DNA of 64,000 nucleotides from Tubiluchus corallicola (GCA_030141605.1 JAQGDQ010000223.1:1-64000), one strand, 5' to 3'. Counted from the first letter of the stretch, positions 38,761-54,022 are shown. A program made the numbers and translations. The notes: generated from the sequence alone by a model not told the origin.

Positions 38761-41729
38761 TATGTAAGTAGTAGCCTTAGCCCATTGTGTTACTAACCGT
38801 AACCTTTTAACTAGCTATTTTTATCTGTAAAATTTATATCTGTGCTGTATGTACGTTTTATCTTGTTTTATTTTAGCCTTTCTTGTAAATATTTCTATAT
38901 TTTTTTAAATAAACATTACGTATTAAACATTAAAGAAAGAAACAGGATACCAATTAAGAAATTACCTTAATGTAGGGCGGTACGTCAGTAGCTACTTTCT
39001 GTGTAATGCCAAATGACTGCGTCTAACAGGCCAATTACTATGAGTTTTTTGATAGAAGCAGTATTTGGAAATACATCTCGGCTGTAATATGGCGGTTGCG
39101 TATGATGATGGTACATCGTAATCAAAATTCTATTATTAGACTATAATTCCTTCGCATGATCCTGTTTATTAGGAAATTATGTGGAATAATGACCGTAACA
39201 ATGTAATCACGGCTTGTTTATATAACAAATCAATGCATAACGTGACTTGCCACCATCCTACGCAGAAATTCGCAATAATGTGCATGCAGATGAAGTGCAT
39301 GCAAATAAGTCATCACCTATTTACTATCCAAAGCTCAGCATTGCGTAACTGTACTATACTATCTCAATTTTCAATTCATTTCAAATCAATTCCCGTTTAT
39401 TTCTCTCTTTTGAGTTAGTAATATTAATATAGTGTAGTATAGGTTAATAAAGAATTATACAGACGGGTTGGCGAACAAACCACACGGTGTTTCAGTTTTG
39501 CCACACCTATAAATTTAACTAATTATTCATTAGTGTTAGTGTGAAGTGTTACAATAAGTAACAATAATTAAAAAAGTATAAGTAAATTGAAGAAACAAAA
39601 TACAGAAAAAGCTAAACAACATAACATTCAATAGTATATAGCAAAGCAGTGAGTAAAACTAAATGATCTGTACAAAAGCAATGAAAATTGTGATCGTGTA
39701 CAAAGTGTCTAGTTTAACTTTATGCTAAATAGTTTTAATATGGCACTGCATGTATTTTTAATTTCTTCTAGTACGATTTTACGTATGCCTGCATCTTCTT
39801 GAAAGTATGTTTTTAAAAATGTTCTAGTGAAATAAAAATTTGCTTACTTTCTTTCTAATTTACTGCGGTCCTTAAGCACACAACATGAGCAGGCGGCTGT
39901 TCGTCTCACCACAAAGCTATTTCCAACATTATTTTTTCATTATTGAGGTTTTACGCTGAACTTTGTTCAACTTTTTTTATCAAGTTTTCATTCTTTAAAA
40001 TTGTCAGCAGAAGCGTTTTTGCTACCACAATCAGCATCATCGATTGAGTAAATCTAGGTAATTATGACACAATTTTAAAGAAATTTGCACTAGCGTTACC
40101 CATTAATTACAAAGTTATCTATTGACATTAACTATTAATGGAAAAGTGACCTAAATGTCACACGGAAATTTTAAACGTATTTTACGGAATTTTAATTTAA
40201 ACGCAGTTAGTATCTGCTAATTACAGAACACGAAGCAGCATGGCTGAAAGCTTTTTTCTCTCTTTATAGGCATGTATGAGAAAACTGAATTTGCAATATA
40301 ATAACTAATTTGAAATTTTCACCCCATATCATTATTAGTACAAAAACAATAACAATTTATTCGCTCTACAGTTGTAAATATGGCATGGCCTGTAGGATTA
40401 ACTTGTAATTAAACAACATTGTTATGATTCGTAGAAAAAAATACATCATCGGCATACATTAAATAGTTTATGCATTAAAGGACTAGACACAAAACAGATA
40501 CAATGTTGCTAGGTAAACCGCGTTGCAGAGGCACGCATTATCAGGACAAAAGATACTCGTTGGCTTTAAAAGGCACAAGTCAATTTACACAAATACTCTA
40601 AATTTTACAATAGGCTTTCGTTTCAGCAATAAAGGCGATTTTCCGAGGCAGAATTTGCTCCTTTGATACCAAGGGAGAAAGAAGCGTAAACTCTCTTACA
40701 GAGAAAATATTGGTTAAATGTGATTTAACGTTAGAAATCTGCAGAGATTTGAGAATTAAAAACGTTATTTGCTACTGCAAAATGAGGCGTAATTATATAA
40801 AAACGAGATTGGTGTCGAAGGCAATTAGTAATATTAAGAGCGATATATCTCAAAACCTCTTGAAAAAAATTCAGGCACTGGCCCAAAACTCGTGAAAAAG
40901 GGCAGTACTACGTGAAAAGGGCAAATTCATGTAAAGTAAGTTTCACTTAAACTATTTATTCCCTGTGTGCAATGTTTTCAATGTTCATGTTTTTTATACT
41001 TTTTTGCATTTTTCTATATTTCTTTCTTTTTTCTTTTTTCGTTATTCTGATTTTCAATTTCACTTGTCTCCTTTTTTCCTTTTTTTATCTACTACACTTC
41101 TTTCTTCTTGCCTTGCCTCTCGTGATTTGTCCGTTTGTTGATTAAGTTTTGTTTGTTTTTCACTTGCCTTTTCTCTCATTTCCTTGAGCGAAACCGTTTT
41201 TAACACAAATTTATGATGTGTACTAACAAGTTTGTATAATACATAATGATGTTTAACAAGAATGGTTTCCTTCGCGCGTTTTCTTTGCTCTTCGAAATGT
41301 ACGATGTTATTTTTGCTTAAGAGAAAGCAATGCCCCCTGTTTGCACATCAACTGGAACACCAGAGGTAAACTGATTAGTTAAAACGCGTGCAAAGAAGTT
41401 CATAGCCAACTTCTAGGAGTTATTTAAGTACACACCACACACGATATCAAAGTGCGATATCTAAAATTCTAAAGGCATTCCAAGGAAATTTGTATATAGC
41501 CAACGATTGTTGCAGGTGTCGAGGAATTGGGCACTCGTAGTACAGTAGTATGAGTATTGTCCACGCGTGCACAGACAGATACTTTAGTTCACCTATAGCT
41601 TTTCAGTTTTACTTTTTTTCTGACAGCAGCTCGAAATATTCCACGGATTTTTTTGTGGCTGAAAGACAAATAAATATGTTCTAAGGCTTTACCAGCAGGT
41701 AATCATTAGTTAGAAGAAATTTTCTTAAT

Positions 41730-42480
41730 TATTTATGTATGTATCTTTTAGAGCACTAAATTTACAAGTTTTATAAAAAATCCTTTTCGTGTCGCTCCAT
41801 TTTACCTGTTTCACTAAAATAAACAGATTAAATTGCCGTTAAAGCACAGCAATTGTCAGTTACAATGCAGGAAAAATTAATTAATAGGTCATCAGTTAAA
41901 TAACTTCGTACATACTCAGTAAATGCTTAAAATACGTAAGATACTTTTTGTCCAATTCACTTACATGGTAAACTGCAACAATGACATCTTAGTTTTAGCT
42001 TTTAAAGCATCAAGTGACAGAGACCTTTTAACAGACGATGATAAATTGTTCCAGACAACAGGGAATTGATAAATAATAAACTGCAAATTTACAGTTACTA
42101 GTTCTACCTTTTGGAAGATGGTGATCATTCCTTTGTCTTGTTTCATAAGACTGTCGATCTCTATTCGAATTGAAAAGTGACTGGAAGATATATAGTAGGA
42201 AATTATATGTTTAACTGTACGTAAAACAAGCTGTTTTCAAGTTAACAATATTTACAGTGGTCAGAATTTTTATGTCTTTGAATGACTATTCTTAATAAGC
42301 TCTTAGATGTAAAATAATTATTATACTTATAAATCTGTTGTAAACTTTTACTAATCTATCCATATTTATAAGTATTGCCCCACATGATTAAATAGTATAC
42401 AAAACAAGGGTAGGCGTCAAGTGTGTTTGACAAATGACATATTTTTGCATTGATAGAAACTGGGCGCGCCATCGGACTAA
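41730..42480 (-). mobile_element. LINE (CR1/L2 group) 3' fragment with 3' tail
   Basis: Minus strand gives MWGNTY and, further on, FIIYQFPVVWNNLSSSVKRSLSLDALKAKTKMSLL; multiple frameshifts. Confidence 0.65.
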
Positions 42481-42575
42481 ACATAGCGATTTATCAAAAA
42501 TATCTTGTCTCGCAATTCTATCATGTTCTTCGCCACATCACCCAGAAAGGTTGCACGAGTCACGGCTAAATTTGG

Positions 42576-42756
42576 AGCCAGAAATATATTTTAACGATAT
42601 TGTCCAGTGATATTTTGATATCTTACTATTGATTAAGCAAGACACGATCTTAACTTTGAGCCAGAAATGTATTTTAATCGCGTATACACTTCCAACGACA
42701 TTTTGATATTTTACTGTCAAGAAAGTATTGATTAAGCGAGGCACGAACTTAACCTT
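42576..42756. repeat. Two-copy tandem duplication (~82-99 bp)
   Basis: GAGCCAGAAAT..ATTTTGATAT..TATTGATTAAGC..CACGA.CTTAAC occurs twice head-to-tail. Confidence 0.75.
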
Positions 42757-43917
42757 AAGAAATTAAGAAGAAAAATCAGATTAGAGTAGAACACTAAATC
42801 TCTGTTCATTTTTGGATGCCCTAATACTGAAGTGATTGATTAATATAACATTACAATTTCTCAAACGTAACACGCACATATATATATGGCTATAAAGCCT
42901 ATAGAACACCACTAGGGGTAATTATTATTCTGGTTGCACTATATTAAGCTAGTTAAAATGGAGTTTGCCAATTAGGGTGAAATGACGACTAGAATTAAAC
43001 AAGTAACAAGCCCCGTGATTGATGTTTAAGGTGTCTTGTCGATTTGAGGAAATTGTCAATTTGCCAGGAAACACTTGTAAGCGTAGACGCTCCGTTTATT
43101 GAATTAGTGCAGACTGCTGTGAGCGAGAGCAGATTTTTGTTCTAATTAAATTGCTGCTTTATATTTAGTTAGTTTTAAACTAGTTTTTCATCGATCTAAA
43201 CAATGTTTAAAAGAAGGGTTTTTGTAGCCTCTTGTTCCAAGTTAAGAGAGAAGCGGGAAGAGAAGTTACGAACGCGCATAAATGAAAGCAATAATGGAGG
43301 CAGTAGAACTCCCACCACTTACAACAGTTAATTACATAAAACATGCTCTGAAAGCGTTAACCAATCAACAGTGTACGGGTTTAACCTACAAATGTTGCGC
43401 AAAAACGTGGAATGTATTTAATGCAAGAAGTTTTCGGCACCATGTACTTTGCCAAAATGGAAATGTAGAAATTTGCAATACAAAACAGTAACAGCTCTTA
43501 TTCCTAAACGATGTTTTTAATATAAACGTACGTAATACAAAATTTTATTGGGAATTTTAATTGTGCAGAAATTTCCATGAACTTGCGCCCCACCAAGAAT
43601 TACTTTGCCTGGTTAGTATTATAAATTAGAACTTTTTATCTTTAATTTTTAATCACAAGTGTCATTATTAAGAGTCAAGATGTGTTAATTAATCTGTAAT
43701 AGGCTGACTGAGTTCTCAGGTAACGAATTTTTGTCAGTACTGATTGCAAACGTTAGACTTACAGAGAAGATTTTCGCATTTTCCAGGCTACGTGTGGATA
43801 ATTAAGCCAATTAACTAACCAACTAACTAGTTTTTTGCACAAGTCGCGTTACGCTGAAGATAAGAGGCAACTTTTTTGCTTAATTGTTATTAGTTTATAA
43901 TATAAATGAGATTCTCT

Positions 43918-43933
43918 TCGTCGTCGTCGTCAA

Positions 43934-43967
<34 letters not shown>

Positions 43968-44001
43968 GTCATCGTCATCATCATCATCATCACCATCATC
44001 G

Positions 44002-44032
<31 letters not shown>

Positions 44033-44048
44033 TATCATCATCATTATC
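43918..44048. repeat. (ATC/GTC)n microsatellite
   Basis: Directly visible. Confidence 0.95.
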
Positions 44049-44738
44049 TGCTTTGTTTCTAAGTTCGGGAAGTTTCTGAATTTGCTACAAAAACATCGAA
44101 ATCAATTTACTGCCTATCCGACATGTTCAGTCTCTAAGTGCTTACTTTCAAAGCATAAATATGTTTCAAATTTAAAAAATGGCTAGCAACTGCAACTGAC
44201 GAGTTAAACTTATGTCGCTTATATTTGCTGTAAAAACCTTGGCGCTCCATTATAGCAGCTTCGGTCTGTTCGAACAGTTCCAAACGCAAACTGCTCTTAA
44301 CCATTCGCGTCCACTTGGTAAAATTGTCCAAAATCTGTTTTTATGGCTACTATTATGGCAACTATTTCAAGGTAATTTCGTTGGCAATTTAACGGAGACA
44401 TGCTCAAATTTACATCTCAAATCCCGGAAGACATAGGTATCAACCTCAAGCTTTGAATATCTTACTGACTTTGCAAAATAACTAAGTGCCTTTAGAGCAC
44501 AAATAGCATACACACCATAGTGATTCAGTAAGTAGAAAATGAGATAGTGTGGAAACTTGCAATAACTTTCTCTAATTTTTTTCTAAATTTATTTTCTGAA
44601 GCCTTGAGCATGGTGGCGCTATCGCCATATCACGGTCCCCCCAGCCCGGAGAGACATTGCAAGGACATCACAGTGTGAAGGAGGTACTTCACTTCACTGA
44701 AGGACTGTACTTTGCCAATAAAACACAGATTATAGAGC

Positions 44739-44905
44739 GGATACATCCATGAATTAATGAAAAATCCTGCTCTTGTTTTACTAACAAAGCAGATATTTCG
44801 CAACCCATTATAGTATGTAATATGTTGTTGTGGATTGCGAAACACATGTATCTGTTTTGTTAGTAAAAGAAAAGCAGGATTTTTCATTAATTCATCCATG
44901 TATCC
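44739..44905. mobile_element. Palindromic MITE-like element (~167 bp)
   Basis: GGATACAT..ATGAATTAATGAAAAATCCTGCT..TTTTACTAACAAA.CAGATA..TTTCGCAA is mirrored by TTGCGAAA..TATCTG.TTTGTTAGTAAAA..AGCAGGATTTTTCATTAATTCAT..ATGTATCC. Confidence 0.75.
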
Positions 44906-46406
44906 TTCTGCTTTTGTTGATATTTTCAATAATGGATGTCAAATCTATTAAGATCGTGAAGGACTTTATTTGGACAGTTTCAATTTGATATCGTTAATTA
45001 TAAAAGTTTAAAAACTGTTAGTATTAGTTGTTTTAATAAGCTAGGTAAGTTATGTTTTGGGAAAGGATATTCATACACCGCTCTCCAAAAATCTATGTTT
45101 TTGTCGCTTGTAAACAACATAAATTTCAGGATTACACTATATAGAATTACCGCAAACAATTTTAGTTATTCATTCTCTCATTGCTATTCTGGTTATAAAT
45201 GTGCTAGAATTTTTTGTACAGTCAGAAACGTTCTCAGTATCTTATAAGCGGTAAATTGCAATCTGTTTTTGGTTAAAAACTAGAAGTGTTGGATGAAATG
45301 AGCATAGAATGCATTTTGGAGCCACGCTATCGAGAATTATGTCTTATTGCCATTGTCTTGTTGCCATCGTTGTGTGTGAACAGCCCTTAATATGCAAATA
45401 CATATAGTAGCTTTGGTAGCTGTATCAAGTCAAACCCAGCAGGACTGCGAAAGTGATTTAGTCTCATGTAATAATGGATTTCCTGTGTGGGCGGAGTTAT
45501 TTATACCATTGCTATAATAATTGTCTGTGGGAAATTGAGCGAGATCGCCCACCAGTTAGTTCTGTACATCAAATTAATAAAATTCAGTAGGCAATTCAGC
45601 TGCTATTTAAATTCTTGAGAGACCCACAATCTAAACTCCATTGCAGAGTTGTTGACATTCAAACCGTTAGTTTGTTTGTTTAGTTAATAAATTTATGTTT
45701 AGTTTATACTTAATTGTTTTAGTTAGCGAACTGTTATACGAGAAACTGTGAACAGATTTCACTCATGCGCAGCATAAAAGTGTTGTTATTTTCGTAGCAT
45801 TATTTATATACATTGTCTTTCGGATGCATACTATCTTAATAATTCATTTATTTTCTTTGTGTAAGCTTTTAAAACGATTACAGAGAATGTAAATAAATGA
45901 AAAAATGTCTCATGGATATTGTAGATATTGATCGTAACTATTGATTCCACTGGACCTAAACTGGCTTATCTGTTAAAATTAGCGATTTTTCCATAATCAT
46001 TTTGTTACTCTCTCTCTCTCTCTCTCTTTCTCTCTCCCCTCCTTCGTTTCTGCTCTTTTTGTTACGTACTCATTTATCTTTCTTTCTTCTCTTTTGTTGC
46101 GGGTTTTGGTCGAAACACGACTCTCAACGCGTGCAAAAAACGGTAACAAATCTGATTGCGAGAAAATGACAATGTCTTTGTTGCTATTTCTCATTGCTTC
46201 ATACCACTGTTATATAACATCGGTTAATGTCTAATACAATGTAAAAACACAGCAAACCCTGAATTGCTGGTAAAATACGTTAAAACCAACAATTTGTACT
46301 TGAAACTGAAAGAATTGTAACTACGCGCCGCTCGACGCAGAACGTTGCTACAAAAATGAGCAAAAAATTGTGAAATGGACCGCTTGAAAGCGGGTACTAG
46401 TCTGAA

Positions 46407-46653
46407 CAAACTAAGGTATGACCCGGGCAAAAATAGTGCATGTCTGAATTTTTCCACAGGGGCATAGAACAACATACTAAAAATAGCCATAAATATATTT
46501 TGGGTGAAAGATTGTCAGAGAAATTGTGCTTCAAGGTCATTCATGGTTAATGGGGGATTTTCGGGGATTTTAATTACGTTATTCTGGACGACTTTCTGCG
46601 TGCCTGTGCAAAAATTTAGCCATACACTATTTTTGTCCGGGTCATACAGTTTG
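46407..46653. mobile_element. MITE with ~55-bp TIRs
   Basis: GTATGACCCGGGCAAAAATAGTGCATGTCTGAATTTTTCCACAGG pairs with CCTGTGCAAAAATTTAGCCATACACTATTTTTGTCCGGGTCATAC. Confidence 0.75.
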
Positions 46654-46844
46654 ATTGGATTATACTCCCAACAGCCCTGTTTTAAGATCGGCAACCACAA
46701 GAAGAGAACCTTAGTTATGGATATATATTGAGGATGTTAAACACCAAATTTGGTTTACTGGCCTCGGTCACATTTACATTCTCACTCTCTGTGTCCCTTT
46801 CTTCTCCTTGTCTGTCCGTCCGTCCGTTTGTCTGTCTGCCTGTC

Positions 46845-46845
<1 letters not shown>

Positions 46846-46910
<65 letters not shown>
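46846..46910. repeat. (CT)n microsatellite
   Basis: Directly visible. Confidence 0.95.
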
Positions 46911-46919
<9 letters not shown>

Positions 46920-48639
46920 TCCCTCTTGATTCCCTTCTTTTCCTTTATTGTTTTTGAAGGTCCATATTATTTAGCTAGTGAGTGCAATACGCTGAAATGC
47001 TGGGTGTTATAAGAATCCAAATGGCATTACTTCGATTATGGAACCCACAACCGCAAAATAGACTTATGAGTGTTTACCGAGTACAAAATGCAGTATGTTT
47101 TCAGAACGTTTCGTGTGATTTTGCCTCGCTTCTGTTTACAATTTCTTTCAGTTCCTGACGTCGCGTTAATCTGCCCTTCAAAACATCGGTTATTTGACGA
47201 ATAATATTACACAGGTGTCGTATAATGCGCGCCGAGACACATTTAGTTGTGTAATTGTGACAAATACACCATTAGTGAGAAACTTTGTGTTATTAGCATA
47301 CGAATCGGATATTGCAGGGGCAAGTCGTAATCAATTTCCATGGGTAAAATTACATTTAGATACATATTCCTGGTGCGAACTAATACATAACCATGCTAAT
47401 GTTTCCTACAGGTATCGGCTTATTCCTGCTTCTCGGCTGCTCGTATATTGAATTGTTCTAATTTTGAGCGAGGTACTGCTAATTATGTCTGTGCTTATAA
47501 TTATGTGGGGACAATGTATCAACGCTCTATGGTCATTTTTTGTTTCCCTTGATTATGAACCATCATCCACAGTTTAAGGTTTGCCAAACTTAATTTTCGT
47601 AAACTTTTTATCCAACAACAAAAACTGATAGTGTATTGAAAATTAATGTAATGACTCATAATGAAAAAAACGATCACTACTGTAACAAAATTAGCCAATA
47701 ATGTAACAGCCGGAAGACGAACAACATGCATACGGCTACAACTACAATTTTTCTAGTTATGTAGTACCGCAAAACGCACATTACAAAAAAAAACTAAAGG
47801 TCTCTAATAAAATTACCTGATACAGATTAAACAGAAGGCCGGCTTCCTTATATTCATTGGATTACTGTTAGTGGAAATACGTACTCCAGAAGTATGAAAG
47901 CAACTATAAGCGGCTTATGGAAAATATAGGTGCCAAATATTTTTTTGTTGTTCCATTGTTTCCATTATTGCTAACGTTGGTGTTGCCGCAGCATATTGGT
48001 ACTGTTGCTGTTGCTGTTACATCAGCAGTTGCTGCTGTTAAAGCAATAACTGGTATTATTGTTCTTATTACTATTGTTGCTGTCTTGTTGTTCGGTCATT
48101 GATACCTGCTGTATTGATGCAACAGCAAAAATTGGCGAGCAAAACAGGAAAGGGCAATTTAGATATATAGCCTATATTGCATTTCACTCACCAAGTCTTG
48201 TACTGGCTGGCAAGGCGATCAGTGTTTAAATTGCTTTATTATCTTTGTCGTGCTAGTAATTATTAATATTAACTTTTAATACTATATAGTGCATTTGATA
48301 TAAGTTTCCTGAGTCTGATAAAATTTATTCATTTATAAAGTCACACACAGCGCCGACGTTTACGAAAACTCGCTCCTTTTGGGGAGAATACATACATTGA
48401 TTTTTTTTCTTTTTTGACTCACAAAATTGAATAACATCAAAACTATATTACCTAGAAGTCACAAAACTTGCTAAGTAGGCACTAGGAGTAAAGGGGTAGG
48501 GGTTCAGACAATGGCACGGATATAAACACTGGAACCGTTCAAGGATGCGAGATAGAAGCTAAATGACAAAATTAGAACAAACTGCTCAGTCAAACATCTG
48601 CGAACCGCAGTTGTTAGGCATAGTCAAGTGAATGTTGTC

Positions 48640-48801
<162 letters not shown>

Positions 48802-49379
48802 TTTTTATTATTTATTACGTACGCGAATGGTACAGTATATATTAGTAAACGATACAATGTGCACGTAGAAAACAACAATTTAATACAATGCAAGTGCAAA
48901 CGACGAGTGACAATAACAGGATTACAAGCATACAACAATTATTCAATTACACAGTAACACAATTGTTCAAATACAAGTAACAAATTATAATTACAAAACA
49001 CGTACATCATATTAAGTAAATACGGATAAAGGAGTTTTCAACAATAGAAGGCATTTATATATACACAGTAAGCTATCAAGATATAGTTGAGCAAAAATTT
49101 TAATTATATCCAAACTCATGTATCTGCGACATCATGCTATTTCGACACTGTATAATATCAACAGCAATTGACTGATAAGGTTCATCGATGACACAACGAT
49201 GGGACAACGATGGCATACAGTTCTTTATTATTATTATTGTTGTTGTTGTTGTTCTTGTTATTATCATTATTATAATCATTAACATTATTATTATTATTAA
49301 TAACAGGCCTGCCATGACGCTTTTGTCTCCGACTGTAAATAACAAACTTCAACTACATAACAGAGATTATTATTACCCA

Positions 49380-49500
49380 ACTTTTACCCTAAATACCACA
49401 CGCATGGCAAGGCAAGAGCTGGCACCATTTTAAAAGTATTTAGTATTCATTACCGGGCCGCAGTATCGAACTAACGACCTCCCAGACGGAAAGCGGACGC
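49380..49500 (-). mobile_element. tRNA-derived SINE fragment
   Basis: Minus strand reads GCGTCCGCTTTCCGTCTGGGAGGTCGTTAGTTCGATAC..: tRNA-like head with B-box GTTCGATAC followed by a SINE-like body (..TTTAAAATGGTGCCAGCTCTTGCCTTG). Confidence 0.55.
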
Positions 49501-51174
49501 ACACAACCGCCTTGCACACAAAGTATCAAGTGACAAACACAGTCATGCTTACAGATTTTGACTTAAATTCACTGAGTCTTGTTTTTATAACACATCCTAT
49601 ATAACATCTATTTTTTTATATATCTGAGACAGTACAGAAATAAGATAATTATAATGAAAAAAGAAAGAATTAACGTTGTAAATAAATAATTATCAATTTA
49701 AACACAAAGTTAAAAGCACCGGATTTTTCTTAAGTTTAATTTAGCTACACGGATTTACACTGATTGCTGATTGGTTACAGATAATCTGATATTATAGATT
49801 AGAAGGTCTCTGTTATGACTAGGACCTTCAAAGGCTTAAGATGAATTGATGATAATGAAATTTTGCAAACTAATGTCATGTTATACATGCATATCATATA
49901 CAGGCGAGTGAAATGGTTTAGTAAAGAGTGAAGTGTTAATAGAAAAATCTAAATGTTACAATTTTGGTCAAATGCTTTAAACTGTAGATAATTTCAACAT
50001 TTACATATACGGGCTATATTGATTAGATTACATTATTTTTATTTATCTCTTCTATGCACACATAGATATCAAATATATATACGCAAAAATTATTAGTTCA
50101 GAGAAAGGGTGGCGAATAACCATAATGTTATCAAGTCAGCCACCCTTCTAACTATATTGCTGCTTAACTTTTTGCACACAAAGTATTTAATGCACAAAGT
50201 TTAGAATGCAGTTGTAAAACTTTATCAGGCGCTTTCAAGATTTTTTTCGTATAGTTTCATTGTACTACTGTTGCTTAAGTTAAACAAAGTTGAATCAATT
50301 TGTAACAATTTTAGCTGTTTTAAATCAGTCAGTGTTGAAAATGTAAATTTCCCATAAATCCGTTAGAGAACATGACTATTTTATAAACATGCCAGTCGAA
50401 CGTTTCATTTAATTTAAAAAATATACAAAGAACTAGCCGTCTCCTGTAAACTCTGCCAGACCGCCTCCTCGTTATTAAAACTCAAAAAGTGATAGATGTT
50501 TATTTTATCTGCTCGGGGGAAGCACCACATGTCTGTAAAACAAATTATTCTTTTTCAGAGACCTTATGCTGTTTAAGTCTAGGCTTTTTTATGTCTTATG
50601 CGTATCATAAAAATTATGTTTCGTTTTTAAAAATGTGTTTTTATGAAACTTTTGCGTATAAACGGTATTGTTAAATTTATACGCTTTGTTCATTTTTTAC
50701 TAATAACGAAGAATTGGCAGACGTGACTGCGACCGCAGAAAAGAACAAACTGCAGAGGAATTGATTTTTTGCCGTAGATGAATAAACGAAGATAACAGGG
50801 TGTCACTGCGCAACCGAATTTCATCTTTGAACTTGAGATGAGAGAGATAATGAGTGAAAGGAACATTCATAAATGTAAAATTTTCATAAATAATGTAAAG
50901 GAAATAATCGTGAAAAAACTATTAGAATGTCGATAAATCAATTGCAAATATTAGTCTGCATAAATATTCTTCTTTTTGGGTAAAACATTATTGTAAGGTA
51001 TAATTTTAAAGTCAGGTAAAATTAATGAAAACTGTGCGAATTTTCATACATTGTTTTCATAACCATAGGGCTTCATCCATTTAAAAGTTTAACGAAAGAA
51101 ACAATGTTATAACGTGTTTTTGTTTAAAACTTCTCTACAAATAGAAGGATTGTAAAAACTTTTTTCAAATAAAG

Positions 51175-51277
<103 letters not shown>

Positions 51278-52554
51278 GCTAGAATTGTAATAAAACTGAT
51301 TTGGTCAATTTTTTGCAAACTTGTTCATATCAATAAAATGTCTGGAAAAGAGAATTTTATTTTGACTCGCTCGTTTGTTTAAGCCTGTGACACATGTAGC
51401 TCACACACAAGTATGGATGCTACCGTGAATTTTAATATGGCTCTTTGTAATCAAGTTTAATATCTCTAGTGACACGTCCATAAAGCTCATCTAAATGTTG
51501 GATCGCACATTGGTGCTGGCGAATAACAGTTTGGTTGAAGAAATGAAAAAAATTCTAAAGTTTTAATAGTATATTTCTACTAAGTGCATAATGTTTTGAC
51601 TAGAATTGCACGCCCATGTTTCACATTGCTCGAAATATTTCGCCAAAAATTAGAAATTAGTTTCGTTAAAAGTTAGTTGGCTCTTGCAGTGAGGACAACT
51701 GGATGGACCGTGATGCTTTACTTGCAGTGTCTCAGCCGGTAGCCACTACTGCGATTTGCCACCAACATTTCTTTACTCTGATAATACCTTATCACTTTAA
51801 CAAAAGTGTTTTAGTTCGCCACTACTACGATTCGCCTGTAGATGACTAGAAAGGGCGTCACTGTGCACCAGGTGTGCAAAAGTCACTTGAATTGAACTCA
51901 TAATGGCGGTTTTAGACTTTTTTGAAACTTGTTATTCGCCTAGACTTTCTCATAGCAGTGCTGTTTAACTTTAAATTTATTTGCTCATAATTCTGTAACT
52001 AGGTAATTGGTTACAAACAAATTTTATATTTTGAGGCCTTGTCACTAAATTTTTTTCAGTAAAAAAGATCACCACCTTATCAGTAAACTTTAATCCTAAT
52101 TTCGGGGCAAGCTGCTATAGACCCAGGTGTCAGGATTCACTTTCTAAACCTTTTGTTTACAAATGTTATGGCATCGAAGCGAAACAGCTGTAGAACTTGA
52201 TATTTGGCGTTGACTAAAAAGTACAAAGCTTTTGCACCTCTAAGCGTGGTCCGTCGCTGTTGGGTCTAAGTTGCCTTTTTGGCCCTCAAACTTGATCAAA
52301 ATTTCTGCTATTTCTTACTAGAAAAACAAGCTATTTTTCAAACTGGAGTGCTATAAGTCCCCACAGAAGCGCCATTCCGGGGAGGTAGTTAACGTGCTAT
52401 AATGAATGACCCTTTCCCCCATTGGAATGTCGAGCCATTATATCCTCGAAGACAAAAATTTTGCTGTATCTTTGCAGCCAGGGCTGCCACGCTACGGTCA
52501 TTTTGCGTATAGAGGTAGGTCAATATTGAGGAATTTTATTGGCGAACTTGTATT

Positions 52555-52985
52555 AGTGGCGAATCATAGAAATGGCAAACCGTAGTGGTGGCGAATCGTA
52601 GTAGTGGCGAAACGTAGTACGGGGAAACGTAGTGGTGGCGAAACGTAGCAGTGGCGAATAGTAGTAGTGGCGAAACGTAGTAGTGGTGAAACGTAGTAGT
52701 GGCGAATAGTAGTAGTGGCGAATCGTAGTAGTGGTGAAACGTAGTAGTGGTGAAACGTAGTAATGGCGAATAGTAGTAGTGGCGAAACGTAGTAGTGGCG
52801 AATAGTAGTAGTGGCGAAACGTAGTAGTGGCGAATAGTAGTAGTGGCGAAACGTAGTAGTGGTGAAACGTAGTAGTGGCGAATAGTAGTAGTGGCGAAAC
52901 GTAGTAGTGGCGAATAGTAGTAGTGGCGAATAGTAGTAGTGGCGAAACGTAGTAGTGGCGAATAGTAGTAGTGGCGAATCGTGAA
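52555..52985. repeat. 16-bp minisatellite (GTAGTAGTGGCGAA + AC/TA/TC)
   Basis: About 27 units with alternating variants; inverted copies of the unit occur at 51741-51763 and 51814-51836. Confidence 0.92.
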
Positions 52986-53760
52986 GTGGCTAAGTGAAAC
53001 ACAATCGTGTCAGCCGATCAGAATTTTTGGCGTGTCAGCTAATATGTCACTGTGTCAGATTGTGTGTCAAACATTTTATGTCAGACCCAAAGTGCAAATT
53101 TTGCAAGCGTCGTCATTTTCATTATTGCTTATCTACAGAATCACGTTTAGATGAACATTTAATTATTTAGAAGAATCTTGTTTTACCGAAACTTTAAAAG
53201 GAGCACAAATAGTTTTTAGTAGTTTTTAAACCCTCGATCTCGTGAAAGTCAGGAGTCGTAAGCGTTGTAATCGTGCGCAATCTCTGATAATCAAATTCTA
53301 CAAAGTAATCCACAAATTGTAGTTTTATTGATCGGAAAAATATCTGACAGCTTCGACGTCGCAAGAAATCGTCACGTCAGACGTTAAAGCTTCGCCTCTT
53401 TTTGCCCAGAGCAACACTTTATTATTTGTTATTACAGAGTTTTCTTAATGTATGCAACAATCACCGCTGAGTCAATGCAACAGCGCTCGTGGTCTTCGGG
53501 AAGTTTGTGTAGCAAAACCGTAGTAGTGAAAACGAAAACATTTAATCATGATTCGTCACGGGTGCACAATTGGGCAAGTGAAAAGTCCGTAATGGCGAGT
53601 GTCGAGCATGCGGACTCTTTTAGCAATGCAGGAAATCAGCTTTACCAAACGTTCACGACTCACTCATGTAGCTGTGAGGTCGTAAAAGTTGGGTTAACTG
53701 TTATCAATTAGAAAGTTAACTGATAAATAGATAGATGGATAGAAGGAATGAAGGAACTGA

Positions 53761-53786
53761 TGGACGGACGGACGGACGGACGGACG

Positions 53787-53853
<67 letters not shown>

Positions 53854-53898
53854 GGACGGACGGACGGACGGACGGACGGACGGACGGACGGACGGACG

Positions 53899-53970
<72 letters not shown>

Positions 53971-53985
53971 GTCAGTCAGTCAGTC

Positions 53986-54022
<37 letters not shown>
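53761..54022. repeat. Compound (GACG)n/(GACA)n/(GTCA)n microsatellite
   Basis: Two GACG-to-GACA blocks in tandem, flanked by GATA units. Confidence 0.95.

Noticed and set aside
52553-53002. CRISPR-like array or repeat protein (ATTTIRHYY)n
   Set aside because: Units are contiguous with no unique spacers, no cas genes, eukaryotic context; it is a minisatellite.
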